The notes: generated by a model from the sequence alone, not told the origin. A stretch of 64,000 nt of DNA from Candidatus Latescibacterota bacterium (GCA_965217585.1 OZ244561.1:5184001-5248000); one strand, 5' to 3'; counted from the stretch's first letter, positions 48,733 to 58,953 are shown. Made by a program: numbers and translations.

Positions 48733-49106
48733 ATCTCCTCCTAGACACCCACGCGCTATTGTGGTGGCTCGACGACCCCACCCTCCTTGCTCCGACCGCC
48801 CGGGTCGCCATCAGCCAAGGCCAGAACGCGGTTTTCATCAGCGCGGCAGCCGCTTGGGAAATCGCCATCAAAAAGGCGCTGGGCCGTCTGAAAGCGCCGG
48901 ATAACTTGGAAGAAGTCTTGGAGGAAGAGCGATTTCAACCACTGCCCATCACCTTAGCACATGCCTTGGCCGTGGTCTCCTTGCCCGCGATCCATCAGGA
49001 CCCCTTTGATCGCATACAAGCGGCGCAGGCGAAATTGGAGAGTTTGATCTTGGTGACGCGGGACGCACGCCTCAAGCAGTACGGCATCCCCTATATCGAC
49101 GCCTGA
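48729..49106 (+). CDS. vapC: VapC/PIN toxin
   Basis: GTG start overlapping the antitoxin stop; LLLDTHALLWW, WEIAIK, HQDPFDR, VTRD. Confidence 0.92.
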   Translation: MNLLLDTHALLWWLDDPTLLAPTARVAISQGQNAVFISAAAAWEIAIKKALGRLKAPDNLEEVLEEERFQPLPITLAHALAVVSLPAIHQDPFDRIQAAQAKLESLILVTRDARLKQYGIPYIDA

Positions 49107-49216
49107 AACCCGAGCAGCCGGACATCCTTCGCCCTATAGATAGCTGGTACATCGCCGGGCTGGATTGAAACTATTCATGAGACAGCACTACGTCCCGAGA
49201 TTCTATCTCAACTAGT

Positions 49217-49253
49217 AAAGCGCCCGATGCTGGCGGAGCATCGGGCGCTTTTT
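49217..49253. terminator. Bidirectional intrinsic terminator
   Basis: aaagcgcccgatgct-ggcgg-agcatcgggcgcttttt between convergent genes. Confidence 0.8.
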
Positions 49254-49296
49254 CGCGCTTACTCCGCGCGCTCTAAGTTGGGTTCGCAGGTGGCCC

Positions 49297-51612
49297 TCAG
49301 CGCAGCAGCAACATGCGCCGATGCACGGCCCACTCGCCCACATCCAGCCGATAGATGTACACCCCGCTGGCCACTTCGCGGCCGTAGCCGTCGCGGCCGT
49401 CCCAACTCAGGCTGTGTTCGCCGGCCTGCTGCGTATCGGCCTGCAGCACGCGCACGAGCTGGCCCGCCAAGTTGTAGATGCTCAGGCGGGTCGCCTCGTG
49501 CGCCAGACGGAACGGGATCAGGAAGGAAATCGTCGTGGAGGCGTTGAAGGGGTTGGGGGCGTTCTGCAGGAGTACCGGCCGGCTGCCTTGGGCGTTTGCG
49601 CGGATCTCGTAGGCCTGCTCTTCCACCACCACTAGCATGGCTTGGCCCAACCGGGCGAAGTTGGCTAGCTCGGCGGGCTGATAGGTGCGGCCTTCATACA
49701 GTTCCTTGGGCATACCCGGCTGGTAAGTTAGGTCGATCCACACTTCGTCCTGTAGCACGAAGTCGCGGCCCAACCAGTGGGTCGTCGGACGGGCGTCGTT
49801 GACGTCTGTAGTGCTAAAGGAGTCACCAAAGTCGCCGAAGTTTAACGCCACCTCCTCACCGCGCGGTTGGGGATTGACCTCGACGCCGTCGTCCGGGGCA
49901 AACAGTGAGGTGCGCCGCGTCACTAGCCGGTATTCTAAGCCGAGCGTTAGGATGTCGTCGAGCAGTTCTTGTTGCTCGCCGAAGCGGGCGATCTGCTCTT
50001 CGAGGGCTTGGATCTTCTGGTAAGCCCACAGCCGGGGAATCAAGCTGCCCGAGACATCGGTCTGGGTAAACTCCAGTGGGAAGTCTAAGCTCACGCTCTC
50101 TTCCCCCACGTGGCCGGTCAAGCTCAACGTGAAGGTCCCGCCGCCCCGGTAGCGGCCCACTTGGAACAGTTCCCGGCCTGCGGCTAGGGCCTCCACTCCG
50201 CGTGGGTGGATGTCGTGGATCTCCACTTGGTCGAAGCTCAACTCGTCGAGCAGCAGGATGGGAAAGGTAAAGGACTCAAACAGTTCTTGCAGCGCGGCTT
50301 CGATATCGCCTTCTTCCGAGAGGAAGTACGCCTCGCCTCGGTGCTCTTCGGCCAAGCCAGTCAAAAAGCCCTGATCCACGTCCTGACCCACGCCGATGGT
50401 GAAAAGGCGCGCTTGGCCAGCGGACCACTCGCCGATCAGCTCGCTCAAAGATTCCAGATCGAGTTCGCCGAGGGTGGGCAGGCCGTCGGTGAGGAAGATG
50501 ACGTGGTTGACCCGGTTGGCGGGAAAGGCCTGCTGCATGGCGCGGCCCAATCCCGCTTCAAAATTGCTCACGCCGAGCGCGTCCTGCTGGTTGATGAAAG
50601 CGGTGGCCGCCTTCTTGTTGGCCGGATCGGCGGGTACCGGGGCGGCGGCAAAGGAGTCGGCCCGGTGGGTGAAAACGACAATGTTGAATAGATCCGCTGC
50701 GTCCAGTGCGTCAATTGCCGCAACGAGTGCGCCTTTGACGGCTTGGAGCTTGCCCTGCTGCATGCTCGACGAAATATCGATGACAAAGGTCAGGCTACGC
50801 GGCAGGGGATCGCCTTGCGTCAATTCGGGCAGGGGCGGCAGCCACAGGGCGTAGTAGCCGAGGTCGTCGTTCGGCTGCGGCGCAAAGCTGAGTACGCTTG
50901 GCTTGGGCCGGTCGTCGGTCTGGCGGATGGCCAGGGTGAAGTCCTCCCGGGGCTTCACTCGCTCGTCGCCGAAGAAGATGTTGGCGCGGTGCGCGTCGGG
51001 TCGGTTTACCTCGGTGAGCCGCGGCAGCCCCGAGGTCGTTACCTCAAAGGCGTGCTGGCTGCGCACCTGGGCCCGCAGCACGAACAGCTCCATTTGCAGG
51101 GGCTGGTCGGTCTCGGGGGCCAGCGGGAAGGAGTAGTCGAGGCGGCCGCTGCGGGATTCGAGGAGCTGCATGTACTCGAATTCGACGCGGCGGCTGCCTT
51201 GGGCCGGAAAGGGGAAGATGCTCAGGCGGAATTGGTTGGGGGTCACCTGCTCGATCAGGGCTGGGTCGATGCGGCGGCCCACGATATCGTCGTACGTGCG
51301 GCGCGCCTCTTCCTTTTCGAGGACCTCCCCCTGTATCCGCTTGTCGCCGATCCACAGCACTAGATCGGTGATGATCGCCCCTTCGGGCAGGGTGAATTCG
51401 TAGATGCCTTCCACCTCCCATTCGGCGTGGTTGGTGAAGATCTGGTCGGTGCGCGTGCGGGCGATGCGCTCGTCGATTTGCACATCAACGGTGACCGAGG
51501 TCAGTTCGAGGTGCTGGAGGCCGTCGTCGCCCACGCCGGTGTACACGTAGCCGATGCTGAGGGCGGGAAGAGGGGCCAGCAGGGCGAGGAGGAGGGTAAG
51601 TTGGGCTTTCAT
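49297..51612 (-). CDS. Secreted VIT-vWA domain protein with FlgD/T9SS-like C-terminal domain
   Basis: Signal peptide; VIT (EGIYEFTLP...DPALIE); MIDAS DISSSM and FLTDG; QNAPNPFN...WDGRD...SGVYIY. Confidence 0.9.
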   Translation of the reverse strand: MKAQLTLLLALLAPLPALSIGYVYTGVGDDGLQHLELTSVTVDVQIDERIARTRTDQIFTNHAEWEVEGIYEFTLPEGAIITDLVLWIGDKRIQGEVLEKEEARRTYDDIVGRRIDPALIEQVTPNQFRLSIFPFPAQGSRRVEFEYMQLLESRSGRLDYSFPLAPETDQPLQMELFVLRAQVRSQHAFEVTTSGLPRLTEVNRPDAHRANIFFGDERVKPREDFTLAIRQTDDRPKPSVLSFAPQPNDDLGYYALWLPPLPELTQGDPLPRSLTFVIDISSSMQQGKLQAVKGALVAAIDALDAADLFNIVVFTHRADSFAAAPVPADPANKKAATAFINQQDALGVSNFEAGLGRAMQQAFPANRVNHVIFLTDGLPTLGELDLESLSELIGEWSAGQARLFTIGVGQDVDQGFLTGLAEEHRGEAYFLSEEGDIEAALQELFESFTFPILLLDELSFDQVEIHDIHPRGVEALAAGRELFQVGRYRGGGTFTLSLTGHVGEESVSLDFPLEFTQTDVSGSLIPRLWAYQKIQALEEQIARFGEQQELLDDILTLGLEYRLVTRRTSLFAPDDGVEVNPQPRGEEVALNFGDFGDSFSTTDVNDARPTTHWLGRDFVLQDEVWIDLTYQPGMPKELYEGRTYQPAELANFARLGQAMLVVVEEQAYEIRANAQGSRPVLLQNAPNPFNASTTISFLIPFRLAHEATRLSIYNLAGQLVRVLQADTQQAGEHSLSWDGRDGYGREVASGVYIYRLDVGEWAVHRRMLLLR

Positions 51613-51640
51613 GGTGGGTCCTTTCGTTGAAGAGGGACGG

Positions 51641-53014
51641 TTAGTGGATGACTTCGACGCCCCGTGCTTGTAGGGTGGGGATGTGTTCGTTGCGGGCTTG
51701 GTCGCTGAGAGGATTGCCTTCCAATCTTACTTGATCACCGTCATCTAGGCCGGGATGGACGACTAGAGGATTTAGGTCGGCAATCTGATTGTAATCCAGA
51801 TATAGCTCTTGCAGTTTGATTAGTTGCTTGAGCGGGGTTATATCGACAATCTGGTTATAACCTATCCATAGCTGTGTCAGATTGTTTAATTGGCTTAGCG
51901 GGGTTATATCGGCAATCTGGTTGCGGCCGGGCAAGGTTAGATAACGGAGGTTGCTTAATTGTCTCAGTGGGGTTATATCGGCAATCTCGTTGCGGCCGGG
52001 CAAGGTTAGGTAACGGAGGTTGCTTAATTGTCTCAGTGGGGTTATATCGACAATCTCATTGTTGTTCAGCTCTAGATAACGCAGATTACTTAATTGTTCC
52101 AGCGGGGTTATATCGACAATATAGTTGCCATACAAATCCAGCCGCTGCAGGGCCACAAAGTGCTCAATACCCACCAGACTGCGAATGTCCTTACTTATGG
52201 CCTTGATCTCGGTCAAGGAAGCGACTTCCTCCAGCGTAAGGCGGCCCTGCGGTCGGTCCAGCGCCTGTCGCACTGCCTCCTCTAGATTCGAGTCATCGAA
52301 CAAGGAGGCATAGCGGAGAATCACGCCTTCCCGCAAACCCAGACTTCCTGTAAACACTTGCATTTCCAAGGGATCGATTTCTCCAATCGAGGCCGCCGCT
52401 AGCTGCTGCATCTGTCTCAGGTGCGCCACCAGCGTCTCTATGTCCTCTGGGTGATCCACTCTAACTATCAAGGTACTGGTATCGAGTTGCACCGCGACTC
52501 GTCCCGTCTGGTCATGCCAGCGCTTCCACAAAAACGCTGCCACCGCCTCCCAGCCGATCAACCGGATCTCCTCCACTGGCTCTAGCAAAGATTCAGCGCT
52601 CGTGTCAATTTGCCAGTCGATGGAGACCAGCCCCTCTGGCAGGTCAACGGCTTCTTTGGGCTTCAATATCAAGCGCAGGAGAGTGCTCTCGGGCCGAGTC
52701 CAAACCAGCGTCTCCTGCACCTCTCCGACCGGATCGACGCAGCGAATCGCCACCAAACTGTCAGGCTGGCCTTGGTATTCGACCTGAAGACCGGCCAGCG
52801 CATCTCCCGCTTCATCGACCAAGTGCAGCCACAGGCCGCGCGGATACTGCGGCGACTCGATCAGCACGTGGCCGTCGGCATTGCTTTGCGCCTGCGCCCA
52901 GCCGGTGCTATCGACGCCGGTGGCAAAGAAGAGTTCGGTCTGCGCCGTCGCCGCAGAGGCCCCGAGTGCTGCCAGTGCTAGGAGGATTCCTGATTGAAGG
53001 ATCGCCGCGCGCAT
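51641..53014 (-). CDS. Secreted internalin-like LRR protein (short array)
   Basis: Signal peptide; 22-aa repeats NxIxDITPLxxLxxLxxLxL; C-cap LEGNPLS. Confidence 0.9.
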   Translation of the reverse strand: MRAAILQSGILLALAALGASAATAQTELFFATGVDSTGWAQAQSNADGHVLIESPQYPRGLWLHLVDEAGDALAGLQVEYQGQPDSLVAIRCVDPVGEVQETLVWTRPESTLLRLILKPKEAVDLPEGLVSIDWQIDTSAESLLEPVEEIRLIGWEAVAAFLWKRWHDQTGRVAVQLDTSTLIVRVDHPEDIETLVAHLRQMQQLAAASIGEIDPLEMQVFTGSLGLREGVILRYASLFDDSNLEEAVRQALDRPQGRLTLEEVASLTEIKAISKDIRSLVGIEHFVALQRLDLYGNYIVDITPLEQLSNLRYLELNNNEIVDITPLRQLSNLRYLTLPGRNEIADITPLRQLSNLRYLTLPGRNQIADITPLSQLNNLTQLWIGYNQIVDITPLKQLIKLQELYLDYNQIADLNPLVVHPGLDDGDQVRLEGNPLSDQARNEHIPTLQARGVEVIH

Positions 53015-53137
53015 GAGGAGAGTCCTTATTCGGTTGCCTTGGCTTTGACGATTAACTTGGGGACGCGCCCCTATCCCGTCCACTATGAACACTATAACGT
53101 GTTCAATACTATCAAATATACCATTTGGGCACCAGAA

Positions 53138-53200
53138 TCAAGCACGGCGCGCGTGCCATTGGGCCTCGGCGGGAGGAAGCAGGGTGAGTTGGGCTTTCAT
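53138..53200 (-). pseudogene. Stub copy of the VIT gene 5' end (MKAQLTLL...)
   Basis: 53181-53230 repeats 51594-51640, including RBS and start codon. Confidence 0.75.
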
Positions 53201-55317
53201 GGCGGGAGCCTTTCGCTGAAGAGGGACGGATGCGGGCGGTGGTGGGCCTCAACGTTTAACTTGGCGGGATAGCCGCGGGAGGGTACTGCGTGTAGGATGA
53301 CACTGACGCCCCTTACTTTCAGGGCGGGGATGTGTTCGTTGCGGGCTTGGTCGCTGAGGGGGTTGCCATGCAAATATATCCTATCGTCTTCACCTAGATC
53401 AGTGTTGGCGACTAAGGGCTTTATGTTCTCGATCTGATTATCCTGTAGAAACAGCGTTTCGAGGTTATCCAAGCCGGCCAGCGAGGTTAAATCGATAATT
53501 TGGTTGGTGGCCAGATCTAGGAATGTCAGGCTGTTCAATTGGGCTAGTGGCGTCAGATTGCTAATCTGGTTGGTGTTTAGCCTCAGCCATTCCAAGTTGT
53601 TCAATTGGGCCAGTGGCGTCAGATCGGCAATCCTGTTGTAGTCCAGCTCTAGGTATATCAGGTTGTTTAAGCCGACCAGCGGGGTCAGATCGCTAATCTG
53701 GTTCCTGCGTAGCCCTAGGTGTGTCAGGTTGTTCAATTGGGCCAGTGGCGTCAGATCTCTAATCTGGTTAGTGGGTAGAAGTAGCCATTCGAGGTTATTC
53801 AGGCTGGCCAGTGGCGTCAGATCGCTAATCTGATTAGTGCCTAGAATCAGCCTTTCTAAGTTGGTCAAATCAGCCAGCGGATTTAGGTCGCTAATCTGGT
53901 TGCCGCTTAGACTAAGGTATGTCAAGCTGTTCAATTGGGCTAGTAGAATCAGATCGGCAATCCTGTTGTGGTCCAGTGCTAGTGACTCTAGGTTATTCAA
54001 ATGGGTCAGCGGGGTTAGGCTGACAATCTGGTTCCAGCGCAGATGCAGCGATGTCAGGTTTTTTAAAAATACTAGCGGGGTTAGATCGGCAATCCTGTTG
54101 TGGTCCAGTGCTAGTGACTCTAGGTTGTTCAAATGGGTCAGCGGGGTTAGATCGGCAATCTGGTTCCAGCCCAGACGCAGCGATGTCAGGTTTGTTAAGG
54201 ATGCTAGCGGGGTTAGATCGGCAATCTGGTTCCCGCTCAGATGCAGCGATGTCAGGTTTGTTAAGGATGCTAGCGGGGTTAGATCGGCAATCTGGTTTTG
54301 CCACAGACTTAGGTCTGTCAGGTTGTTTAAGGATGCCAGTGGCGTCAGATCGACAATCTGGTTCCTGCCCAGATATAGCGATGTCAGGTTTGTTAAGGAT
54401 GCTAGCGGGGTTAGATCGGCAATCTGGTTAGTATAGTTCAAATCCAGCCATTGCAGGGCGGTAAGATGCTCGAGACCCGCCAAACTATGAATGTCTTTAC
54501 TCTCGACCGTGAGGGCGGTTAGGGAAGCGACGTCCTCTGGTGTAAGGCGGCCTTGTGGTCGGCCCAGCCTCCCCCGCACCATACGCTCTAGATTGGCGTC
54601 CGCGAACAAGGGGAAATAGAGGATCACGCCTTCCTGTAAAGAAGCAAAGCCTCCTCTAAACACTTGTGCGTATAGAGCGGTTTTTTCTTCAAGCGAGGTT
54701 CCTGCTGGCCGATGTACCTGTTTCAGGTGGGCCACCAGCGTCTCTATGTTCTCTGGGTGATCCATTCCAACTGCCAAGGTACTGGTATCGAGCTGCACCA
54801 CCACGCGCCCGGCTTGGTCCTGCCAGCGTTCCTGTAGGAAGGCTGCTACGGCCTCCCAGCCGATCAGCCGGGTCTCCGCCGGCTCTAGCAGAGATTCAGC
54901 GCTCGTGTCAATTTGCCAGTCAATGGAGACCAGCCCCGCTGGCAGGTCAGCGGCTTCTTTGGGCTTCAATATCAAGCGCAAGAGGGTGCCATCGGGCCGA
55001 GTCCAAACCAGCGTCTCCTGCACACCGCCGGTCGGATCAACGCAGCGTAAGACCACCAAGCTGTCGGGTCGGCCTTGGTATTCGACCTGAAGACCGGCCA
55101 GCGCACCCCCCGCTTCATCGACCAAGTGCAGCCACAGACCGCGCGGATACTGCGGCGACTCGATCAGCACGTGGCCGTCGGCATTGCTTTGCGCCTGTGC
55201 CCAGCCGGTACTATCGACGCCGGTGGCAAAGAATAATTCGGTCTGCGCCGTCGCCGCAGAGACCCCAAGTGCCGCGAATGTTAGGAGAATTCCTAATCGA
55301 ACAATAGACAGGTGCAT
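53197..55317 (-). CDS. Secreted internalin-like LRR protein (long array), paralogue of 51641-53014
   Basis: Near-identical N-terminal region; about 16 repeats of NQIADLTPLAxLxxL. Confidence 0.92.
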   Translation of the reverse strand: MHLSIVRLGILLTFAALGVSAATAQTELFFATGVDSTGWAQAQSNADGHVLIESPQYPRGLWLHLVDEAGGALAGLQVEYQGRPDSLVVLRCVDPTGGVQETLVWTRPDGTLLRLILKPKEAADLPAGLVSIDWQIDTSAESLLEPAETRLIGWEAVAAFLQERWQDQAGRVVVQLDTSTLAVGMDHPENIETLVAHLKQVHRPAGTSLEEKTALYAQVFRGGFASLQEGVILYFPLFADANLERMVRGRLGRPQGRLTPEDVASLTALTVESKDIHSLAGLEHLTALQWLDLNYTNQIADLTPLASLTNLTSLYLGRNQIVDLTPLASLNNLTDLSLWQNQIADLTPLASLTNLTSLHLSGNQIADLTPLASLTNLTSLRLGWNQIADLTPLTHLNNLESLALDHNRIADLTPLVFLKNLTSLHLRWNQIVSLTPLTHLNNLESLALDHNRIADLILLAQLNSLTYLSLSGNQISDLNPLADLTNLERLILGTNQISDLTPLASLNNLEWLLLPTNQIRDLTPLAQLNNLTHLGLRRNQISDLTPLVGLNNLIYLELDYNRIADLTPLAQLNNLEWLRLNTNQISNLTPLAQLNSLTFLDLATNQIIDLTSLAGLDNLETLFLQDNQIENIKPLVANTDLGEDDRIYLHGNPLSDQARNEHIPALKVRGVSVILHAVPSRGYPAKLNVEAHHRPHPSLFSERLPP
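53420..54460 (-). repeat. 66-bp-period coding tandem repeat (LRR array)
   Basis: Recurrent gatcggcaatctggtt...gctagcggggtta units. Confidence 0.9.
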
Positions 55318-55468
55318 GAAGAGGCTCCCTATTCGGTTGCCTAGTCTTCGACTTTTAACCTGGAAACGCGCCCAAATTCTTTGTTGCTATCCCATCTATT
55401 ACTAAAACCATCTGAGCGCGTTCAACTATGTGCTGAACGTAACCGTTGGGTCACCAAAATCAAAGCGG

Positions 55469-55993
55469 CTAGGGTCGAGGTGCGGCGTTGCGCATGCGGA
55501 TGAAGGAAAACCGCATGGTGGATTGCAACACTGCGTTGCGTAGGGGCCACAGGGAAGGGGTGACGCGGATCTCCACGTCGCGGGCGGCCAAGCAGGCGAG
55601 AATATCGTCGATGGTTTCCACCGAACGGGGCGTCACCCCTTGGCGGGAGATATAGTATCCAGCGCCTTTATCCACCGGTTGGAAGGTTTCATTGGGCAGG
55701 GCATAAATGTAGAGGCACTCGGTGCGTAAAGCCTGCAACCAAGCCGTCTCAATGGCCACCACGTGGCGGGCGGTAGTGATGCCTAAAAAGCGTTCGGCGT
55801 CCTCGGCACTAGTCCGGGGACCAGTGTAGAAGGTGACCCGGGGACAGTCGCGCGGCACCAAGTAATTGTGCAGCAGGCGCTGGCCCACGGCCCAGACCAT
55901 GCGGCCGGTACAGGTGGTATTGCCCGGAGGCGGGGGACGCGGCTCAAAGCGGGTTATGCCGGGCTGGTCGCTGACGTGAAACAGCTCTTCCAT
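55469..55993 (-). CDS. DUF6886-like hypothetical protein
   Basis: LFHVSDQPGITRFEPR, VWAV, NYLVPRDCPRV, FSFIRMRNA. Confidence 0.7.
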   Translation of the reverse strand: MEELFHVSDQPGITRFEPRPPPPGNTTCTGRMVWAVGQRLLHNYLVPRDCPRVTFYTGPRTSAEDAERFLGITTARHVVAIETAWLQALRTECLYIYALPNETFQPVDKGAGYYISRQGVTPRSVETIDDILACLAARDVEIRVTPSLWPLRNAVLQSTMRFSFIRMRNAAPRP

Positions 55994-56053
55994 GGGACTT
56001 GAGACCGAAGAGGATCCTTGCCGCAAGACGGCGAAGGCAGCCCGTCGTCTGTG

Positions 56054-56962
56054 TCAAGAACTGGATTGCCGCTTCCGCAAGCCCTCTTGGAGAAAGACCT
56101 CGCGGTTGGGAAAATTGCCGGGCAGGGTAAAGCCGCCGTCAACGGCGATGAGCTGGCCGGTCATGTAGGGAATCTGGGTAAAGGCGTAGGCGGCGAAGGC
56201 GATGTCCTCGGGGCGTCCGATGCGGCGAATGGGTTGGGACCCCCCTTCGGCCATCAAACCGTAGATCTCGGCCACGGTGAATTCGCGGCCCGATTGCGGA
56301 TCTTCCACGCCCGAGGGGCGGCTCGTCATCGGCGTATCGACGACGCCGGGGCGCAGGGCGTTGACTGTGATGTTATAAGGCCCGCCGTCAAAGGCTGCGC
56401 CTGCGACCACGTGGTTGAGGCCGGCTTTGCTGACGCCGTAGGGAATGCGGGTGCTCTCGGGGGCAATATCCGAGATAGAGGTGATCAAGAGGATGCTGCG
56501 GTGGAGGGGATCCGCTTCTTGCGCGGCTTGTTCCACCATGTGCTTGAGGGCGCGTTGAGCCAGCCGGTAGGCCCCCATGAGGTTGAGGCTGAGGACGCGG
56601 TCCATCTCCTTGTCGAGGTGTTCGACCGGAGTTTCGCTAAAGTGGTAGCGGACGAGTCGGCCCTGTTCGTCGGCGACGTAGTTGGGCACGCCGCTGTTGC
56701 TGATTGCCACGTCGAGGCGACCAAAATGCGCGAAGGTGCGGTCCACTAGTTCGAAAGGGGCCTCTGGCTGCGAGAGATCGGCACCGAGGACTAGGGCTTC
56801 GACGGCGTGCTCGGCGCGAATGGCCGCGGCGATCTGGGCGGCGCGCTCCTCGCCAGAGTTGTAGTGGACCACCACATCGTAGCCTTGGGTGGCGTATTGG
56901 CGGATGATGGCCGCGCCAATCCCGCTCGAAGAGCCCGTGACCAAGCAAACCGGGCGCGACAA
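56054..56962 (-). CDS. Short-chain dehydrogenase/reductase
   Basis: TGSSSGIG, YGVSK, VNALRPG, VDGG; probable TTG start after GAGG. Confidence 0.9.
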   Translation of the reverse strand: MSRPVCLVTGSSSGIGAAIIRQYATQGYDVVVHYNSGEERAAQIAAAIRAEHAVEALVLGADLSQPEAPFELVDRTFAHFGRLDVAISNSGVPNYVADEQGRLVRYHFSETPVEHLDKEMDRVLSLNLMGAYRLAQRALKHMVEQAAQEADPLHRSILLITSISDIAPESTRIPYGVSKAGLNHVVAGAAFDGGPYNITVNALRPGVVDTPMTSRPSGVEDPQSGREFTVAEIYGLMAEGGSQPIRRIGRPEDIAFAAYAFTQIPYMTGQLIAVDGGFTLPGNFPNREVFLQEGLRKRQSSS

Positions 56963-56966
56963 AAGC

Positions 56967-57950
56967 CTAACCTCGCTGGGAGAGGACGGTCTCGACGATG
57001 CGCTCTTGGCTGGGAATGGTCGGCATCTCGAGGGTTGGACTGAAGGGAATGGGCACGTCGGCCGCGCCGATGCGCAAGACGGGTGCGTCGAGCCAATCGA
57101 ATGCCTCGGCGTTGAGGATGGAAGCGAGCTCGGCCGTGGTGCCGTAGCGCTCGACGCCTTCATCAATCACCACCGCATAGCCGGTTTTGCGCACCGAGGC
57201 CAGCAGGGTCTCCTTGTCCAGCGGCACCAAGGTGCGCGGATCGACGACCTCGGCTTCTAGGCCTTGGGCGGCAAGTTCTTCCGCCGCAGCCAAGGCGACG
57301 CCGACCATGCTGGAAGTGGCGACGAGGGTCAGGTCGGTACCGGCGCGCTTGATCTCGGCTGCGCCAAAGGGAATGAGGAAGTCGTCTTCTTCGGGAACGG
57401 GGCCGGAGTCGTTGTACATCATCTTGTCTTCAAAGAAGAGCACGGGGTTGTCGTCGCGGATCGCGGTCTTGAGCAGGCCCTTGGCGTCGCGTGGGGTTGC
57501 AGGGACGGCGACTTTGAGCCCGGGGATGTGGGCAAAGATTGCATGCAGGCTCTGCGAGTGCTGCGCGGCGGAAGAGCGCCCGGCTCCCATCGACAGTCGG
57601 ATCGTCAGCGGCACCTTGCACTGGCCGCCCGACATGTAGCGGATCTTGGCGGCCTGATTGACGATCTGGTCCATGGTCAACAGCGAAAAGTCGCCGAACA
57701 TCAGTTCGCATAAGGGGCGCATGCCGGTCATGGCGGCACCGACGCCAAGCCCGATATAGCCCGCCTCGGCAATGGGGGTGTCGATGACGCGCTCAGCGCC
57801 AAACTCCTCGAAGAGGCCCTCGCAGCATTTGAAGATGCCGCCGGAGGCCCCCACGTCCTCGCCCATGACAAAGACGGTCTCGTCACGGCGCATTTCCTCG
57901 GCGGTGGCTAGGCCGATCGCCTCTCTAAACAGCATGTCCCGATCAGGCAT
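56967..57950 (-). CDS. TPP-dependent dehydrogenase E1 beta (AcoB/PdhB-like)
   Basis: GEDVG, DTPIAE, AQHSQS, DNPVLFFE. Confidence 0.95.
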   Translation of the reverse strand: MPDRDMLFREAIGLATAEEMRRDETVFVMGEDVGASGGIFKCCEGLFEEFGAERVIDTPIAEAGYIGLGVGAAMTGMRPLCELMFGDFSLLTMDQIVNQAAKIRYMSGGQCKVPLTIRLSMGAGRSSAAQHSQSLHAIFAHIPGLKVAVPATPRDAKGLLKTAIRDDNPVLFFEDKMMYNDSGPVPEEDDFLIPFGAAEIKRAGTDLTLVATSSMVGVALAAAEELAAQGLEAEVVDPRTLVPLDKETLLASVRKTGYAVVIDEGVERYGTTAELASILNAEAFDWLDAPVLRIGAADVPIPFSPTLEMPTIPSQERIVETVLSQRG

Positions 57951-58953
57951 ATATATCCTCAAAAGCTTGTTCTGGCGGAGGGAAGGCGGCTTCTTTGCCG
58001 AATTCGATGGCGTCGAGGACCTCGCGCTCCACTTGCTCGTACAGGGTGTCGAGTTCGGCCTGTTTGGCGACCCGGTTGGCGATCATGTACTGGCCCAACA
58101 GGCGAATGGGGTCCTTGTTTTCAGACCACCAACCGACCTCATCGCGGGTGCGGTAGGTCTGGGCGTCGCCGACGTGGTGCCCGTGATAGCGGTAGGTTTT
58201 AGCTTCGATCAGGCTCGGGCCGTGGCCCTTGCGCGCCTTGGCCACGGCGGCGGTTACTTTTTCGCACATGTCCAGCACATCGGCACCGTCGGCGATAACC
58301 CCTTCGAGGCCAAGGCCCTTGGCGCGGTCGGCGATGTCGGTGACGCCGGTGACGCTCTCGTAGGGGGTGTGCTCGCCGTACTGGTTATTCTCGCAGATGT
58401 AGATGACCGGCAGGTTCCATATCACGGCCATGTTAATTGTTTCGAGCATAATCCCTTGGTTGGCAGCGCCGTCGCCGAAGAAGCAGACGCCCACTTGATC
58501 GGTACCCCGCAGCTTGGCCGAGAGGCCGGCGCCGGTGCAGATGCCGAAGCCGCCACCGACAATGCCGTTGGCACCGAGAATGCCCACCGACATGTCGGCG
58601 ATGTGCATGGAGCCGCCCTTGCCGCGGCAATAGCCGGCCTCCTTGCCCATGATTTCGGCCATCATGCGGTCGAGTTGACCTCCCTTGGCCAGACAGTGCC
58701 CGTGGCCGCGGTGCGTGCTGGTAATGTAGTCGGCGTCGCGCAGGGCCGCGCAAGTGCCTACGGCCACGCCTTCCTCGCCGATGTAGAGGTGAGCTAGGCC
58801 GGGCATCAGTCCGCGGGTATAGACGTCCCAGACGTGCTCTTCAAAGAGGCGGATCTCCGACATCTTGCGGTACATGAACCACAGTTTGTCGGGCGCGGCC
58901 CGGAGCTTAGCTTTCTTTTTTTGAGGCTTTTTTCGGGCAGTTGTCTTCGCCAT
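57943..58953 (-). CDS. TPP-dependent dehydrogenase E1 alpha (AcoA/PdhA-like)
   Basis: THRGHGH, GKGGSMH, FGDGA...ENN, YRYHGHH. Confidence 0.95.
   Translation of the reverse strand: MAKTTARKKPQKKKAKLRAAPDKLWFMYRKMSEIRLFEEHVWDVYTRGLMPGLAHLYIGEEGVAVGTCAALRDADYITSTHRGHGHCLAKGGQLDRMMAEIMGKEAGYCRGKGGSMHIADMSVGILGANGIVGGGFGICTGAGLSAKLRGTDQVGVCFFGDGAANQGIMLETINMAVIWNLPVIYICENNQYGEHTPYESVTGVTDIADRAKGLGLEGVIADGADVLDMCEKVTAAVAKARKGHGPSLIEAKTYRYHGHHVGDAQTYRTRDEVGWWSENKDPIRLLGQYMIANRVAKQAELDTLYEQVEREVLDAIEFGKEAAFPPPEQAFEDIYA

Noticed and set aside
53420-54460. Regular 66-bp repeats as a possible CRISPR array
   Set aside because: Repeats are in-frame LRR coding units with no unique spacers and no cas genes
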